Part shown: in pieces, positions 1 to 12,807 of the stretch
How positions within the stretch are numbered: the stretch's first letter is position 1
Layout: every line of letters begins with the position of its first letter
From: Felis catus
Lineage: Eukaryota
DNA length: 64,000 bases
Assembly (NCBI RefSeq): GCF_018350175.1
Contig: NC_058368.1
Coordinates: 206,586,001 to 206,650,000 of the forward strand
Direction: 5' to 3'
Notes under the pieces: model-generated
The model's database searches: none
What the model saw: the letters and a program-made list of their open reading frames with translations, nothing else
Told to the model about the DNA's origin: nothing
Translations under genes and position numbers: made by a program

Positions 1-1220
1 AAAGGATTCTCGTACACGTTGATGTTTGCTTAATTTCTAAATTTGAATCCTTTCTCTGGTAGATGTTTAAGCACTGAGAAAACTATTTGATACGAACAAC
101 TATTTTATGTTCCTGAATGTCTCACATAGTTGCTGCCACTTTAGGTCCCACAGCTTGAGCTAATTTGCAAATAGTCTCTAAATATAGCTCATTCCTTGTG
201 ACATGTAAATAAAGGAGTGTACCCCAATATCTTGGGAACCCCAGCGGTGGAGTGTGTAGGGCAAGGGTCACAGAATGAGTCAGGGCTTGGGCTAGATTAG
301 CATCTCTGTGACTCACAGTCGCCTTCTAACCACCAGATGATTCTCCTCTTGAGAAATAATTGAGGGTGATGGCCCTTTTCCTACCAGGGTACCAGGGATT
401 GCTGAATCAGTGTTTGTCAGGCTGACTACTTAAGTGATAAAAAGTGGGTGGGAGCAGCCAAGTTGGTGGATGTTAGCCCATGGTGTTTGCTATTTACGTA
501 TAAACTACTATAGAGGATACCTCGCTGGTTTGGTCCAAGAAAGAGTGGAAGGACAAACCACTGATGTTGTCTCTAGTGGAAAATGGGGGAAATCCCACTG
601 CAGAAGTGAAAATGTTACTGGCTACTTTTGGCAATGTTTTCAAAATGGAAACATTGTATTTAAGGCAATTCTAAGAATAAACCTACTAAAACTTTTTGGT
701 AAGCCTGAAGCTAGCTAGCACAGTTCCGTGGGAGCTAGAGAATGTGCATAGATTCAGTTGTATGACAGAAGGTGTTTGTGCAGGTGTACTGTCACCTGAC
801 CAAGAGAGCCACACCTGTGCTGGAAGTATATTTAAGTTTTTGAAGATCATATTTGACAGGACTTAGCTTTATTTCCATAATACATTGTCCTCAACTTTCT
901 TGTGGCAAGAACCACAGTGTCTTATTCTCGTGTGGCAACATCTATGTCTTTAGCTACTTTTTGAGTTTCTCAAGGCAAGAGACTGTGTGTTATCCCTTCT
1001 GTTCCTAATACTAAACAGTGCCTACTATGTAGACAAGAGTTAATAAAGGCTTGGTGTATTGAGTAAGTCTTATTTATTTAGGTATAGGACACAGAGGAAA
1101 AAATAACTCATGATGCACAGAAGTTTCTATTGAAAGAGACTAGTAGATAGGGACTCTAACTTCATAATTCAAAATTTCATAGTACCTGCCTATTCTTGAG
1201 CTTAAATAAGAATTTTTTTG

Positions 1221-1224
<4 letters not shown>

Positions 1225-1316
<92 letters not shown>
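1225..1316. repeat. Compound microsatellite (CT)n(CA)n
   Basis: Perfect CT run followed directly by a CA run. Confidence 0.97.
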
Positions 1317-1318
<2 letters not shown>

Positions 1319-1329
1319 CACACCACACA

Positions 1330-1533
1330 AATCTGAGGGAAGGTAATCCAGGGATGCTATAGACACCCAGGCTGATTCTATCTATTCTCTCCAAAAATAT
1401 TTTGGACCTCTTCCTTGCCAGTTCATGGCCACAACATGGCTGCTGCACTTCCAGATTCATATACATGTTCCAGGAATATAAAAATGGATAAAGCATAAGT
1501 CTCCTTATGTTTTTTTCTATTCTTTTTTTCTTT

Positions 1534-1581
<48 letters not shown>

Positions 1582-1990
1582 TTTCTTTCTTCCTTTCTGA
1601 GAGAGAGAGAGAAAGCAAGCACATGTGAACATGTGGAAGCTGGGAAGGGGCAGAGGGGGGGGGAGAGAAAGAGAGAGACAGAGAGAGAGAGAGACAGAGA
1701 GAGAGGCGGAGAGGCTCTTAGGCAAGCCCCATGCCCAGTGGGTAGCCTGATATTAGGCCCAACATGGGCCTTGATCTCATGACCATGAGATCATGACCTA
1801 AGCTGAAATCAAGAGTGAGCCACCTAGGCACCCAAGTCTCCATATCTTAAAAGACTTTCCTTAAAGCTCTACTCAGCAATTTCTGTTTATCTCATTGTCT
1901 GGATCTCAAATGGCTACCTCTATTGCATGTATATTGCTATCCCAAATAAAATTGGATTCCTCCTAAAACCAAAGGAGACTGTTAATAAGG
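1330..1990 (-). mobile_element. Old MaLR LTR fragment (MLT1J/K/L-like), interrupted by a SINE
   Basis: Motifs catggccacaacatggctgctgcacttccag and atttctgtttatctcattgtctgga resemble late MLT1 consensus; highly diverged. Confidence 0.45.
1511..1833 (-). mobile_element. Can-SINE (SINEC), older copy with (TTTC)n-expanded tail
   Basis: Reverse tRNA-like head (gagccacctaggcaccc), GA-rich body; degenerate TSD aagtctcc(t/a)tat(g/c)tt at about 1497 and 1834. Confidence 0.9.
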
Positions 1991-2229
1991 AAGAGGCCTC
2001 TCTGTATTAGGCCAAGAGCAGTGTACTTTTTTAATCTTCCTCCTCAAACATCAAATATTTGTAGAACTATAGGGTATTTATAGTCTCAAAAACCTTAGCA
2101 ATAATGCAGATCAACATTGTCTTCTCATTTTACAGATAAAGAGCACTGAAGATCAGAAATATTAATTGAGTTTTCCATTTAGAGTCAGGGAAGAGAGAAA
2201 TGGAAAGCTTAATTCTTATATAGCTCATA

Positions 2230-2540
2230 ACGTGTATTACATTTGGTACTTTATTGTACATGCTAGAGTGTAAATTACTTTCATTACTTGAATGTATTGT
2301 ATATTGTATTTATTTCTTGAATTCATCGTAATTTGCATTAGTTTTTTTGTATTTTATATTGTGTTTATTATTTGAATTTATTGTATACTGTATCTATTTG
2401 TGTACTCGCTAATTATGCTTATTGTGTTATTTTATATTGCATTTATTAAATAGATTGTATTTTATATGAAATTTGTGTCTTTTGTATTTATTATATATTA
2501 TATTTATTACTTTAATTGATTTTATAATGCTTTATTGTAA
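2230..2540. repeat. AT-rich low-complexity tract (degenerate TATTG/TATTT units)
   Basis: Many tattgt/tttatt variants; very low GC. Confidence 0.7.
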
Positions 2541-2667
2541 AGGTTCAAGTGTAAATAACTTGAATGAGGAACTGTCAAATGTATCTTTGTGTCTTCCTCA
2601 GTAAACACCAAAAAATTCACTGGAGATACCTCTTTAAGTATTATTTGAACTTATTGTATTATGAATA

Positions 2668-2898
2668 TCATTAGCAAAATGTCAGAGGGGAGAAAGAAGG
2701 GAACTTATATATAAAAGGAATCAATTCAGAAAGTAGAAGAAACACAGTAATACCAAAAATATCAGAAAACATACTTCTAATGTCATTAGCAAAATGTTAG
2801 AGGGGAGAAAGAAGGGGACTTATATGTCAAAGGCATCAACAGAAAAAGTAGAAAAAACACAGTAGCATACCAAAAATATTAATCAGAAAACATACTTC
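2668..2898. repeat. Diverged tandem duplication, period about 115 bp
   Basis: tcattagcaaaatgt(c/t)agaggggagaaagaaggg...atcagaaaacatacttc starts at 2668 and again at 2783. Confidence 0.92.
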
Positions 2899-5847
2899 AA
2901 TATGTAGGAGTATATCTATTGAAACTGAAGTTTCATTGGTATCACATACTGCTTTGTGAATATCCTGATATACGGAAGGGAGAAATGAACAGGGATGATA
3001 TGGATAACATTAGATTCCTTTGAGAAATGTTTCTGTTTCGGACCACTGATGAGGTGTCATTGTGGTAGATGTTGATGTCGAACCAACTTCTTCCAGGTCT
3101 TGTACTTGGTTCTCCAATTTTCTTAATCGTGTTAGTCTCAGAATTTTCTTTCTTTTCTTTATATCTTTTAGCAGTAAGAAGGACTAACAATTTCTCCCAC
3201 AGCAACAATTGTTCTAATTTTCCATTCCAAAAACTAGTTTTACTTGAAAAGGCCCTGTTAGGCTGATTTTGTTCCTGATTTTCACTTTTCGTGTCTTTTC
3301 CTAGGGGTGCTTTCCAGTGTGTATCATGGGAGTTCAGGTTTGTGAATCAGATCCCTTAAGAAGAACCTCTTTATTTGAGTTCCTGATTGTTCTACAACCC
3401 TTTTGCTCAAGCTCAGGGATCCTAGAATTTAAATGTTTCTCAGAACATCACTGTTCTTGAACATACATATTGGATTTTTAACATTGATTTTATGCAAGTT
3501 GCACTTAAAGTTTCTCAGGTAGTTAAAGGCTGTGGTTTTGTTTTGTTTTGTTTTGTTTATTAATTATGTTATGTTGGAAGGCATCTTTCAGTCAAGTTTC
3601 ATTTTTATTTTAGGGGAAAAGGATGTTTCTTTCTCCTCATACATAACCAAGCATTTTGGTATTCTAACACTGCAGAAATAAGAGTTTGGTAAACCACTTC
3701 CCTGAGAATTGCCAAGGGTTGAGCCACCAAAAGAGAACCTGAGAAAGTTAACAGTTATCATCCTGGGTCATATAGGGCTTAACTAGCTGGGTTCAAGGTA
3801 TGTCAATTATGTCCAATTTTTGAGTGAGCTAAGAGTTGGGAGTACCCTCTTATAAAACAAAAGGTGCTTAGTGGGCATCCCAAAAGGGAAGGTGGGCTTC
3901 AAAATAAGGAGAAACATGGTGGCAGAGTTGAGGCAGGATGGCATTTATCATCAAGGCTCCTTAGCACCAGTGTGAGATAGTAGGCAAAATAGCCTAAATT
4001 TCCTGAAAAGTATAAACAGCCAATACCTGCTAGTACATGTGCTTTAGGCAATATGTATGGTAAGGTACTCTAGGGGTCCGGTGATAGCTATCTTCAAGGG
4101 AGACAAAAAACCAAGGTAATTGTAAGGTATTCACAGTTCAGAGAGAGAATTTTGGGAGATAGAAGTAAGAATAGGATTTATAGAGGCAAAGTAGATCAGA
4201 GTCATAAAGATGATTTGGAGGTATTAGGAAATAGACTTTAACAGGCATTGAGGCCCCAACTGGAGCTGGAAAAATGCCTTTCTTAACCTTACAGACCAAT
4301 TATGTTTTACAAATGAATCTCTTCTTATTATGCCTTTACTTTATTCCTTCTCTCTTCTTCAGCTACATAATTAATAAAAGTTCCTTTTGAAATCTTATCT
4401 CAGAAGAAATCAAGATGCTTATATGTTTAGGATGGTATGCGGTGGAGTGGGTATATGGACTTGTGTTTATGGATTTGTGTTTGGAAACGGGAGTGGGGGA
4501 GCGTCACACAGAGGCAAGGAAGCAAAGGGAAATACAAGAGAATAAAGCAACTGCACATACAGGAATAAGAGAAAGAATCAAGACCAGCTTATCTCTAGTG
4601 ACCAGAATATAGTTTTGTTTAAAAAAATTCCATTCCACTGTTGGACAGCTCTAATAGAGAGATTCTCTTAGGTTATCTCCACCCATTGAATTAAGTGTTG
4701 CCTCCGGGAACAACAAAGAACAAACTCCTTCATCAAGACGTCTCAGACTCAAAGCTAAGATTATATTTGCCACAATTATGAGGGACCAAAGAATGTGTTC
4801 ACAATCCAAAACTATCTATAGTAAAAATCATTGATGATGATAATAATAAGCACATACTTAATTGTATTAATCAAATTACGTACTGCAAACATTTCTAAAT
4901 GCTTTTTAAATGATCTTAGTATTAAGTATCAACTTAAATAGTATGTTCATGAATAGTTGTTAGTCCTGTTGAATTTCTCTTTTCTGGCTTTGGAACTCTC
5001 AGGATAAGCAGCTTTACATGGAAATCTGAAATTTTAAGCACTAATCTCTTGGTATTTAACGTCAAAGATTTTACCTTATTTACGGTTTTCTCTTCAAGGA
5101 AGGACTTTTCCACTTAGGGGTGGAGTGGAGATTGGAAGTAAAACTCAACCCAGACAGGAGACTAACCAACAAATCACAATAAAAATGAAAAGGAAATCTT
5201 TACCTCTGTGGACACGCATACAGCATGCACACACACACCCGTGCACACACACATCAGTCACTCTGACCTACCCCTCAAGAAGGCCTTACACACACACTTG
5301 TAGAGGGCTGTATTCTCTGGACCATTGGTAGATATCTCTGAGCTTCCAATTGCCTTCTTTCGTGTCTGCCAACTGAAGGAGGAGGAGATTTGAATTCGCT
5401 TTGAAAATAATCCTCATTCATCATTAATTACTCAAACTCTTTTCTTCCCTATCCAGTTATGATGCAGATAACCTAATCTCAAAAATTGTAGCCTCCATAT
5501 TTAAAACATTGCAAATTCAAATACCATAAAACGGTGTGATACTGTTTCTGGTTGGCTAGGCCTTCAACTCTTGGAGTAGTCAGGTGCTCTAATGAAGAAT
5601 TCACATCTGAAGGGTGGGCAGCAAGCATTATATATCAGAAAAGCGACCCTCCGACGTTGGCTACCACAGGTACTTGAGCTAGTCCTACCTCAGTCATAGA
5701 TTTTGTTAGCACATGGTGAGTCAGATACATTTTTTTATTTGGTGAAATTTTTGGCTTATTAACATGATAGATATGAGAAATGGGCTCACACAGATGAAAG
5801 TAAAGGTACTTAAGACATACAGAGTGGCTAAAATATTTTAAGGCTTA

Positions 5848-6058
5848 GGGGCTCCTGGGTGGCTCAGTCAGTTGAGCGTCTGACTTCAGCTCAGGTCATG
5901 ATCTTGCGGTCCATGAGTTCGAGCCCTGCATAGGGCTCTGTGCTGACAGCTCAGAGCCTGAAGCCTGCGTCGGATTGTGTGTGTGTCTCTCTCTCTCTGC
6001 ACCTCCCCCGCTCACACTCTCTCTCTCAAAAATAAACATTAAAAAAATTTTAAAAAAA
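5848..6058 (+). mobile_element. Can-SINE (SINEC_Fc-like)
   Basis: ggggctcctgggtggctcagtcagttgagc head, CT tract, AATAAA, A tail; TSD atattttaaggctt. Confidence 0.95.
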
Positions 6059-6659
6059 TATATATTTTAAGGCTTTCCATTTTTGCATAAACAAATTCCA
6101 AGAGTTAGTGAATTCTATAGCCCATTCTTTAAGAATGGTGTTCAAGACTTAATCTCTAAATAATCCTATGTCATGCCATTATTAAGGAGGATTTCTGCTT
6201 GGTTAATGCCAATGTCAGAGTACCAGAATCTCACCTTTAGAATGGTATGTCCACCTGACAGAAACCTTTCATGGAAGATGATGGTTTGACACAAAGAAGG
6301 ACAGGAAGCTAGAACTTTAAGCTAACAGAGAAGTTTGCATTGACTTTTGTTGTTGCTTGCTAATGAAGCTAGTCAGCATGGTGGCAGAATTGAGCCTAAG
6401 ACTTGCTTTCATTATAACATGGTAGGTTATGAAAGAGTCACTAATATATGTGTATCTCCAACATTTTCAGCAATTAACATTATCCATCAAAAAGAATCCA
6501 AGAGCTATGCATGATCAAAATGGCTTGGCCATATGCGCAAAGGTTTTTTTTTTTTTTTTTTCCACCAGCTCCCCAATTCACTATAACACCTTATATTAAA
6601 TGTCTGCAGCAGATTGAGAGAAAACAAAACAGCCTCTTATAGTCACTTTGGAATTCTCT

Positions 6660-7802
6660 GAAAACTCAGGTTGCCGTGGACAACCACAGAGGAAGGGTTG
6701 AGAGGTAAAAGAGAAAGCACATTCAGTCAGCTGTGGCTATCCTTTGCCTGGCTGATGTGATGATGTTTCCTGAAGGGCTTGTGGGGACAGGGGATCAAAG
6801 CTCTCACTCCCAGCAAGGGCCTGCTCCATGTGGTAAATGTCTCTACATTTAGGGATTTTTATGTCCCTTTGGATTAGCTACATGGGTCAAGGGCAAGAGT
6901 GAAGCCTGCATCATTTCCCTACCCCTTTCTCTTGGCGAGGCGATGTGTGTGGTCCTCCGGGCAGAGCCTTTTGTTAAGAGCAGGGATGGTGGAATGAGTT
7001 CTCCCAGCTGGATGGAGATGCGTGCGTGCCGGGAAGGGGATGCTCTGGGATAAATCAGAGACTATGTGTGGCTGTGTTTTTTATTACTCTTTTGTTATAG
7101 ACTCCTCTCTCAGAGGAGCTTTGAGATAGTCATATTATTGACATTAACTGAGTAAACATTCAGTTTTCCTCCTTCGGCTTTATTTTCACTCATTGGTGGT
7201 GTCACCTGACAAGTCCCTTCGCAAGTGCCTTTTGCGCTTTTGTTTCAGAAAGGAACATGAGTTGCTCAGGGTGATGGGACAAGAAGCCTTTCTTTAGAAA
7301 AATCCAAGTAAAAGGCAGTGATTAAATATCTTCGAAGCTCTGTGTGTGGCCTGGTTTTGCCTCTCATCCTTCATCTGTTGGCATTTTCTTGGCAGCCGGA
7401 GCTGGAGCCACTGGGTAACAGTAGCAAGGGAGTCAAGGCCCCGCTGCCACCAGGAGGCAGATACATCATCACCCTGGTGAGCTGCTAGTCATTTAATCGG
7501 TACCAGGGGCCACTCAGAGAGGCAGGAAGTTTTCTAGGAAAAGCCGACAATGTCTGGGAAACTGGAAACCAAGACATCAAAACCTTAAAAATCCAGGTCA
7601 ATTTATGTGAGTGATACAAGTTTATTTGAAGATAAAAACAGGATTTAGTATGTGCAGTTATCAGTGGCTGTTGTAACGTGTTCACGATTTGGGCGTGTCA
7701 GTTCTTGAAACTACCATGTTGCCTTTACTTGCCATATGGTCACGAATGGTTCTATGGATTGCATCGTTGCTATTTCTGGAGTTGGATGGGGTTTGAAGAC
7801 AG
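6660..7802 (+). promoter_or_regulatory. Candidate regulatory region / alternative first exon ending at a 5' splice site
   Basis: No recognisable repeat, mildly CpG-enriched; RFX X-box-like ggttgccgtggacaacc at about 6669; CAG|GTACGG at 7802/7803 followed by GT-rich sequence with further U1-like sites. Confidence 0.3.
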
Positions 7803-8358
7803 GTACGGGTAGCTGGGAAATAATTATTTCTCTAGTGAGAGTGACATTTTCATGTTATTTGTTGCAGAATTGCTGATAATCCTTGTTTTTCAGTTGTAAA
7901 ATAATGTATGTGATTGTGGTGCATTTTCTTGTGTCTCCCTTTACTTAACCCTGTAGCCCTGGGTGGGTGTTTTTAGCAGGTTTTTACTGTGTTTGTAAGT
8001 ATGCTTGTGTGTCTGGGTAAGGTATGTAACTGCAGTATAGCTTTTCAGTGTTTCAGACAAGTAGTGGTTTTGCTTGTGAAAAATGGCAACAATTTGAAGT
8101 TACTATCCTCCGGCTGGTTCTAAACAGAGAAAACCACTTTCTTCTAAGTGCTGACACCAACAGAAAGGGGAAGGAGCCAAACAAGGAAGAGTGAGAGGCA
8201 AGAGTGTGATTTCTACCTTCCAGTTCTTAGGCATTGAATTAGAATGTGGAGGATCATTGATGAATGGAGATGGGCAAGGGGAGTAGAGGCAAAGTGAATT
8301 TTGTCTCCAGGGGATGAGCTAAGAAGTGTCCTATACATTTCTTGGTCTGGAACAATTG

Positions 8359-8780
8359 GTTCATTCATTCATTCATTTATTCATTCAATAGGTATTTATT
8401 TTTGTGTCAACAGATATTTATTAGGTGCTGGGGTTAATGGTAATAAGCAGGATCAAGTGCCAGACCTCTTGGAGTAGGAGAGAAAACGAGAGAGAAACAA
8501 ACCAGTAAACATATGAGCATGAAATATAATTTCAGGTCAGGTGAGAGGAGGAAAAGTGAGCAGATTAGGAACCTGAAAGAAGTGCAAGAGGCCAGCTAAA
8601 GAAACCCTGGGAGAGGGACGGAGTATGGAAGGAAGGAAACCACAGAGAGGGGGATGGGGGACGGGGGCGGGGGGCGGCTAGGTCTTGGAGGACTTGGATC
8701 TTTGCTGCCTAGGAACACTGTAAGGATGGCACATGGAAGTGATGGCATCTGATTTATGGCTTTAAACTCTCACTTGGGGG
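8359..8780 (-). mobile_element. LINE-2 3' fragment
   Basis: ttcattcattcattc...atatttattaggtgctggg is the reverse of the L2 3' terminus. Confidence 0.65.
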
Positions 8781-9124
8781 CTTCATCTCTTGTATGTTTT
8801 ACTGGCCATGTATCAGTTCTAGCAGAAAATCATTTCTCAAAACAGTGATTGAATGGTCTGATGATTCTTTTCTTAAAGCTGTAAAAACCCCAGGATTCCA
8901 GAGCTGCAAGTTTGTAATATTTACTTTTGACTGGAACTTGGAAAAGGAATAATTGGGCAGTTGTGAAGTAGTATATTAACCCAATTGTTCATAACTAATA
9001 GGGGGGAAGATGGGGGTATAATTGAAACGCCAAGAAAATAATTATTCTTAGTTTATTTGCTTGTTATGTACCTACTTTCTGAGGTCAGACTTTGTACTAG
9101 TATAAGGAATTTGTTAATTATTCA

Positions 9125-9355
9125 GTGCTATAGTGCAGTGAATTGGACAAGGAGTCCAGGGGATGGCTGACTGGGTTCGAAATTCATCTCTGTGATGACT
9201 AATTAGATACTTAACTACAGGGGCCTCTGAATAACTGCAAGTGAGGCACAGGAGGAGTATCCCCCTTATGGGGTTGTGTGAGAATTAAGTGAAATAATAC
9301 ATAGGAATCGGCCTGACATAATTTAAGTATTCGGTGAAAGCTACCTGTTATTGTT
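9125..9355 (+). mobile_element. MIR
   Basis: ctgggttcgaaa...ggggttgtgtgagaattaagtgaaataatac, MIR core and 3' motifs. Confidence 0.7.
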
Positions 9356-9691
9356 TCTGTTAAAGAAATTCCAACCATGGAAAAATTTTACACTTTATAT
9401 ATGATACATCAGATAGCTTATTTTACATAATTTGGAAGCTTAAATGGAGTTTAGAATATGCTGTTTTGGGAAGCAGCCCCCACTACTGGGGTGGCATATA
9501 TAATTATATATAAATATAATACTGTATAAATACAACATATTATATATAACATATAAATATAATCTATATTACATAGGGTGCTCCAGACAAGACTCACTAT
9601 TGAGATTCCCAAGTCTGGGCAGATTTTATGAACTGAGGGTAGTATGAAGGGATTTGTAGGGAAAGATGAAGGTTAGAAGTGTGAGACAAAT

Positions 9692-9888
9692 GGGCACCTT
9701 AAGTGGCTCAGTTGGTTGAGCATCTGACTTCGGCTCAGGTCATGATCTTGGTGCTCATGAGTTCGAGTCCTGCATTGGGCTGTCTGCTGTTAGTGCAGAG
9801 CCCATTTCAGATCCTCTGTCCCCCTCTCACTCTGCCCCTCCTCCACTCACTCTGTCTCTCTCAAAATAAATACACTTTAAAAAAAAAA
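9692..9888 (+). mobile_element. Can-SINE with possible 3' transduced tag (to about 9949)
   Basis: SINEC head, CT tract and A tail; the likely TSD partner lies about 60 bp beyond the first A tail. Confidence 0.92.
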
Positions 9889-10328
9889 CATGGCTTGTCA
9901 AGAGTTAAAATATAGCAGATTTTAAGAATTAAAAACAAACAAAACAACAAGAAGTATGAGGCCAAGGAAAAGGAGCTAAATCAGAGAAAACCTGCAAATG
10001 AAAGGAACAGGTTGGGTATGGGTAGGGAAGGTTGTGGCTGCCTGTGGGTATGTTCCTGTTTTGGACTTTGATTTTTAGATACTGTCACCTAAATCTCTTT
10101 TTAGCATCATTTTTAACTGAGTTCACTAAAAGACATTTTAAAATGTGAAATGTTAAATGTGGTATTTAAATATACAAGTCTCTGGGAAAATAGAATTGTC
10201 CCATAATGTTTTGTTTTGTGTCAGATTTGCCAAACACATTTATTCTATAAAAGTGAAAATACATGTTTTATAACGATATAAGTGTGCCTCAGTGTACTGC
10301 TTGCCTTTGAAAATGCCTGTGATTTAAA

Positions 10329-10548
10329 GCATGGGGGAGGGGAAGGAAAAAAAAAAAAAGATTAGAGAGGGAGGGACCCAAAACATAAGAGACTTAAAAA
10401 CTGAGAACAAACTGAGGGTTTCATGGGGGGTGGGAGGGAGGGGAGGGTGGGTGATGGGTATTGAGGAGGGTACCTGTTGGGATGAGCACTGGGTATTGTA
10501 TGGAAACCAATCTGACAATAAATTTCATATTAAAAAAATAATAATAAA
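10329..10548 (+). mobile_element. L1 3' UTR fragment (young felid L1_Fc-type), heavily 5'-truncated
   Basis: ctgagaacaaactgagggt...gggtgatgggtattgaggagggtacctgttgggatgagcactgggt...aataaa plus A-rich tail; no clear TSD. Confidence 0.88.
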
Positions 10549-10802
10549 TAACTGCTTTAGAATGGATCTCAGTTTGTATTTATCATTGGTCTTAACCAAT
10601 AACATTTCATCTTTTCTCCTCAAGGCTATGAGTTCTCTCCCTCATTTAAGGTACATAACATTTCAAATAATTCGGTTTATAAATGGAAACAATAACCTGA
10701 AAACATTCCTTATTGAAAGAGACGAAACCTTTTTCATGGGTTCCAGCTAGAGATTCCTGGGGTGTACTGCCCCTCTGACATCATACTTAGATCAGAAAAC
10801 CA

Positions 10803-11020
10803 GGGGCGCCTGGGTGGCTTGGTCGGTTAAGCGGCCGACTTCGGCTCAGGTCATGATCTCGCGGTCCCTGAGTTCGAGCCCCGCGTCGGGCTCTGGGCTG
10901 ACAGCTCAGAGCCTGGAGCCTGTTTCAGATTCTGTGTCTCCCTCTCTCTCTGCCCCTCCCCTGTTCATGCTCTGTCTCAAAAATAAATAAACGTTAAAAA
11001 AAATCAAAAAAAAAAAAAAA
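10803..11020 (+). mobile_element. Young Can-SINE (SINEC_Fc)
   Basis: CpG-rich intact head, long A tail, TSD agaaaaccag. Confidence 0.97.
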
Positions 11021-12807
11021 AGAAAACCAGATCTCTTCATCATTTGTAGATCTCTTTACCCTTTAATCATGGATGAGGGGGAAAAAAGCTCCATTTTGAG
11101 AATGAATTCAATATCCCATTTTTCCTTCTTATACTTCTCTTTCCTTTTACTCTTTTCTTTTTTCCTCTTTTTGTCTCCTGACTACAGAATGAGTTGATTC
11201 CTCCAGGAGCCTGCCTCCTGGGCTGTGTGGTGGAACCCCCATGGATGGGCACCACTTGGCACCTGAATGGGTGCTTTATCTCAAACCTTTATCTCAAATT
11301 TTTTTCTTTTTCCTCACATATCTTTCTCAGACCTTCCACAGAAAAATTCAGCTCTCTGCATTGTGTGCTTAGGCCACAGCCCAGGGCAGGGTGGTGCAGA
11401 TCTTTCCACCACCCTGAAAATAAGTGAGTTCAATTTTCATCATGAGATATTTCCATGGCGAATTCGATCACATCCTGAATCAGGTGTTTGTCACAGGCAA
11501 TGGTCTCTCTCTTGCTACCCCATTCTGTTCCCCACTCTCCCCATTTCTCACTGTGTCTCATCTCCTTTCCCTTTGGGAACATACTTTTTGTGATTAAGAA
11601 AGGAAAACAAATAAGCAGGTCCTCACTGCACAGGGGGAGCCATGCTGTGGTGTCTTGGTGTGAGTTCACTTTGCTCCGTGACGTCTGTTCTAAGCTGTAT
11701 GTGCTTTTGTTAGACTCCTGCATCGCATCTCAGTTTTGAGGACAGTGACCCTAATTGACACAGGCTTTCAATGGCAAGTGATATTTTATACAGAAACTGC
11801 ATTGAATAGAGAAAGATAGAGGTTTTTGAGGACAGGGAAACACAATAGTCCAAAATGGACTCTGCATCATGTTTATGCTGCTATTGCTTTTTCCACTAAG
11901 CAGTTCAGAATTCCAAGTAAAGGAAGGACAGGGAAAATATCAGAAAGGTAAAGCAGGGAATTTGGGAGAATTTCTAGCTGCACAGCTGTAAGATTAAGAG
12001 TTAATCATTGTATGGTTTATAGGAAGAAAATAATTATCTTTTATTGTTTTTGAGATTAAAAAAATCCCTTAAGCCTAATTGCAATAATAACTTAATCTGT
12101 TGGTCAGTGTTTATTCATTACTCACTCTGTGCTCAGAACTACAACAACTGTCAGGAATGCAGCCATATTGGCCACGATCCCTAACCTAATTATAAGAACG
12201 GAGACAAAAACATTAATAAAGTTAGAAAAATCAAAATAATTCTAATTATCCCCAGGAGACTATTGCTGTAGGACTAGAAATTAAATCAGTCATGGGCAGA
12301 CATATATCAAAACTCAAATCCCATGGCTCAGTGGGCATTTGAGAAGGACAGATTGAGAGGTTCTCACTGAAAACTTTTTTGCAGATGAATAAATTAGATA
12401 TGGAGAAAGAGTTTGGAGCTCTTTTGAACTTTTCTTTCACCAACTAGTTTTAGGATGGCATAGTTATCATTAAGGAATATGTTGTGTATTTCAGATTTAA
12501 GTGATAGGGCAGGTAAAATATAATTTGTGTGATGAGTGTTTTAGAAGCTCTTAACTGCATCTGAAATACCTCTTTAGGGTGCCAGGATATCAGATAAAAT
12601 GCTCACAGGCACCACCTCTGCATTTCCTTGGGTACAAAGATCTGTGGGTGGAGAAGCAAAGGAGGGAGGGCCACCAACAACCTTGAGTGAGGCCACAGAG
12701 GCACATCTTTCAGATGGCACTGTTGCCATTGCCCCATGAAGTCTATAACATAATTTCAACAAAGCAAAGTAAATATAAATAGACCTCAAGGCAAATGAAT
12801 ATGTCAC

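Noticed and set aside
1275..1782. KKER/FFLS-repeat ORFs, and similar SINE- or microsatellite-derived ORFs throughout the track
   Set aside because: They derive from (TTTC)n, (GT)n, (GA)n and SINEC sequence, which lack stops by composition.
6755..6775. C/D-box snoRNA motif (tgatga...ctga)
   Set aside because: The boxes are only a few nucleotides apart and there is no terminal stem.
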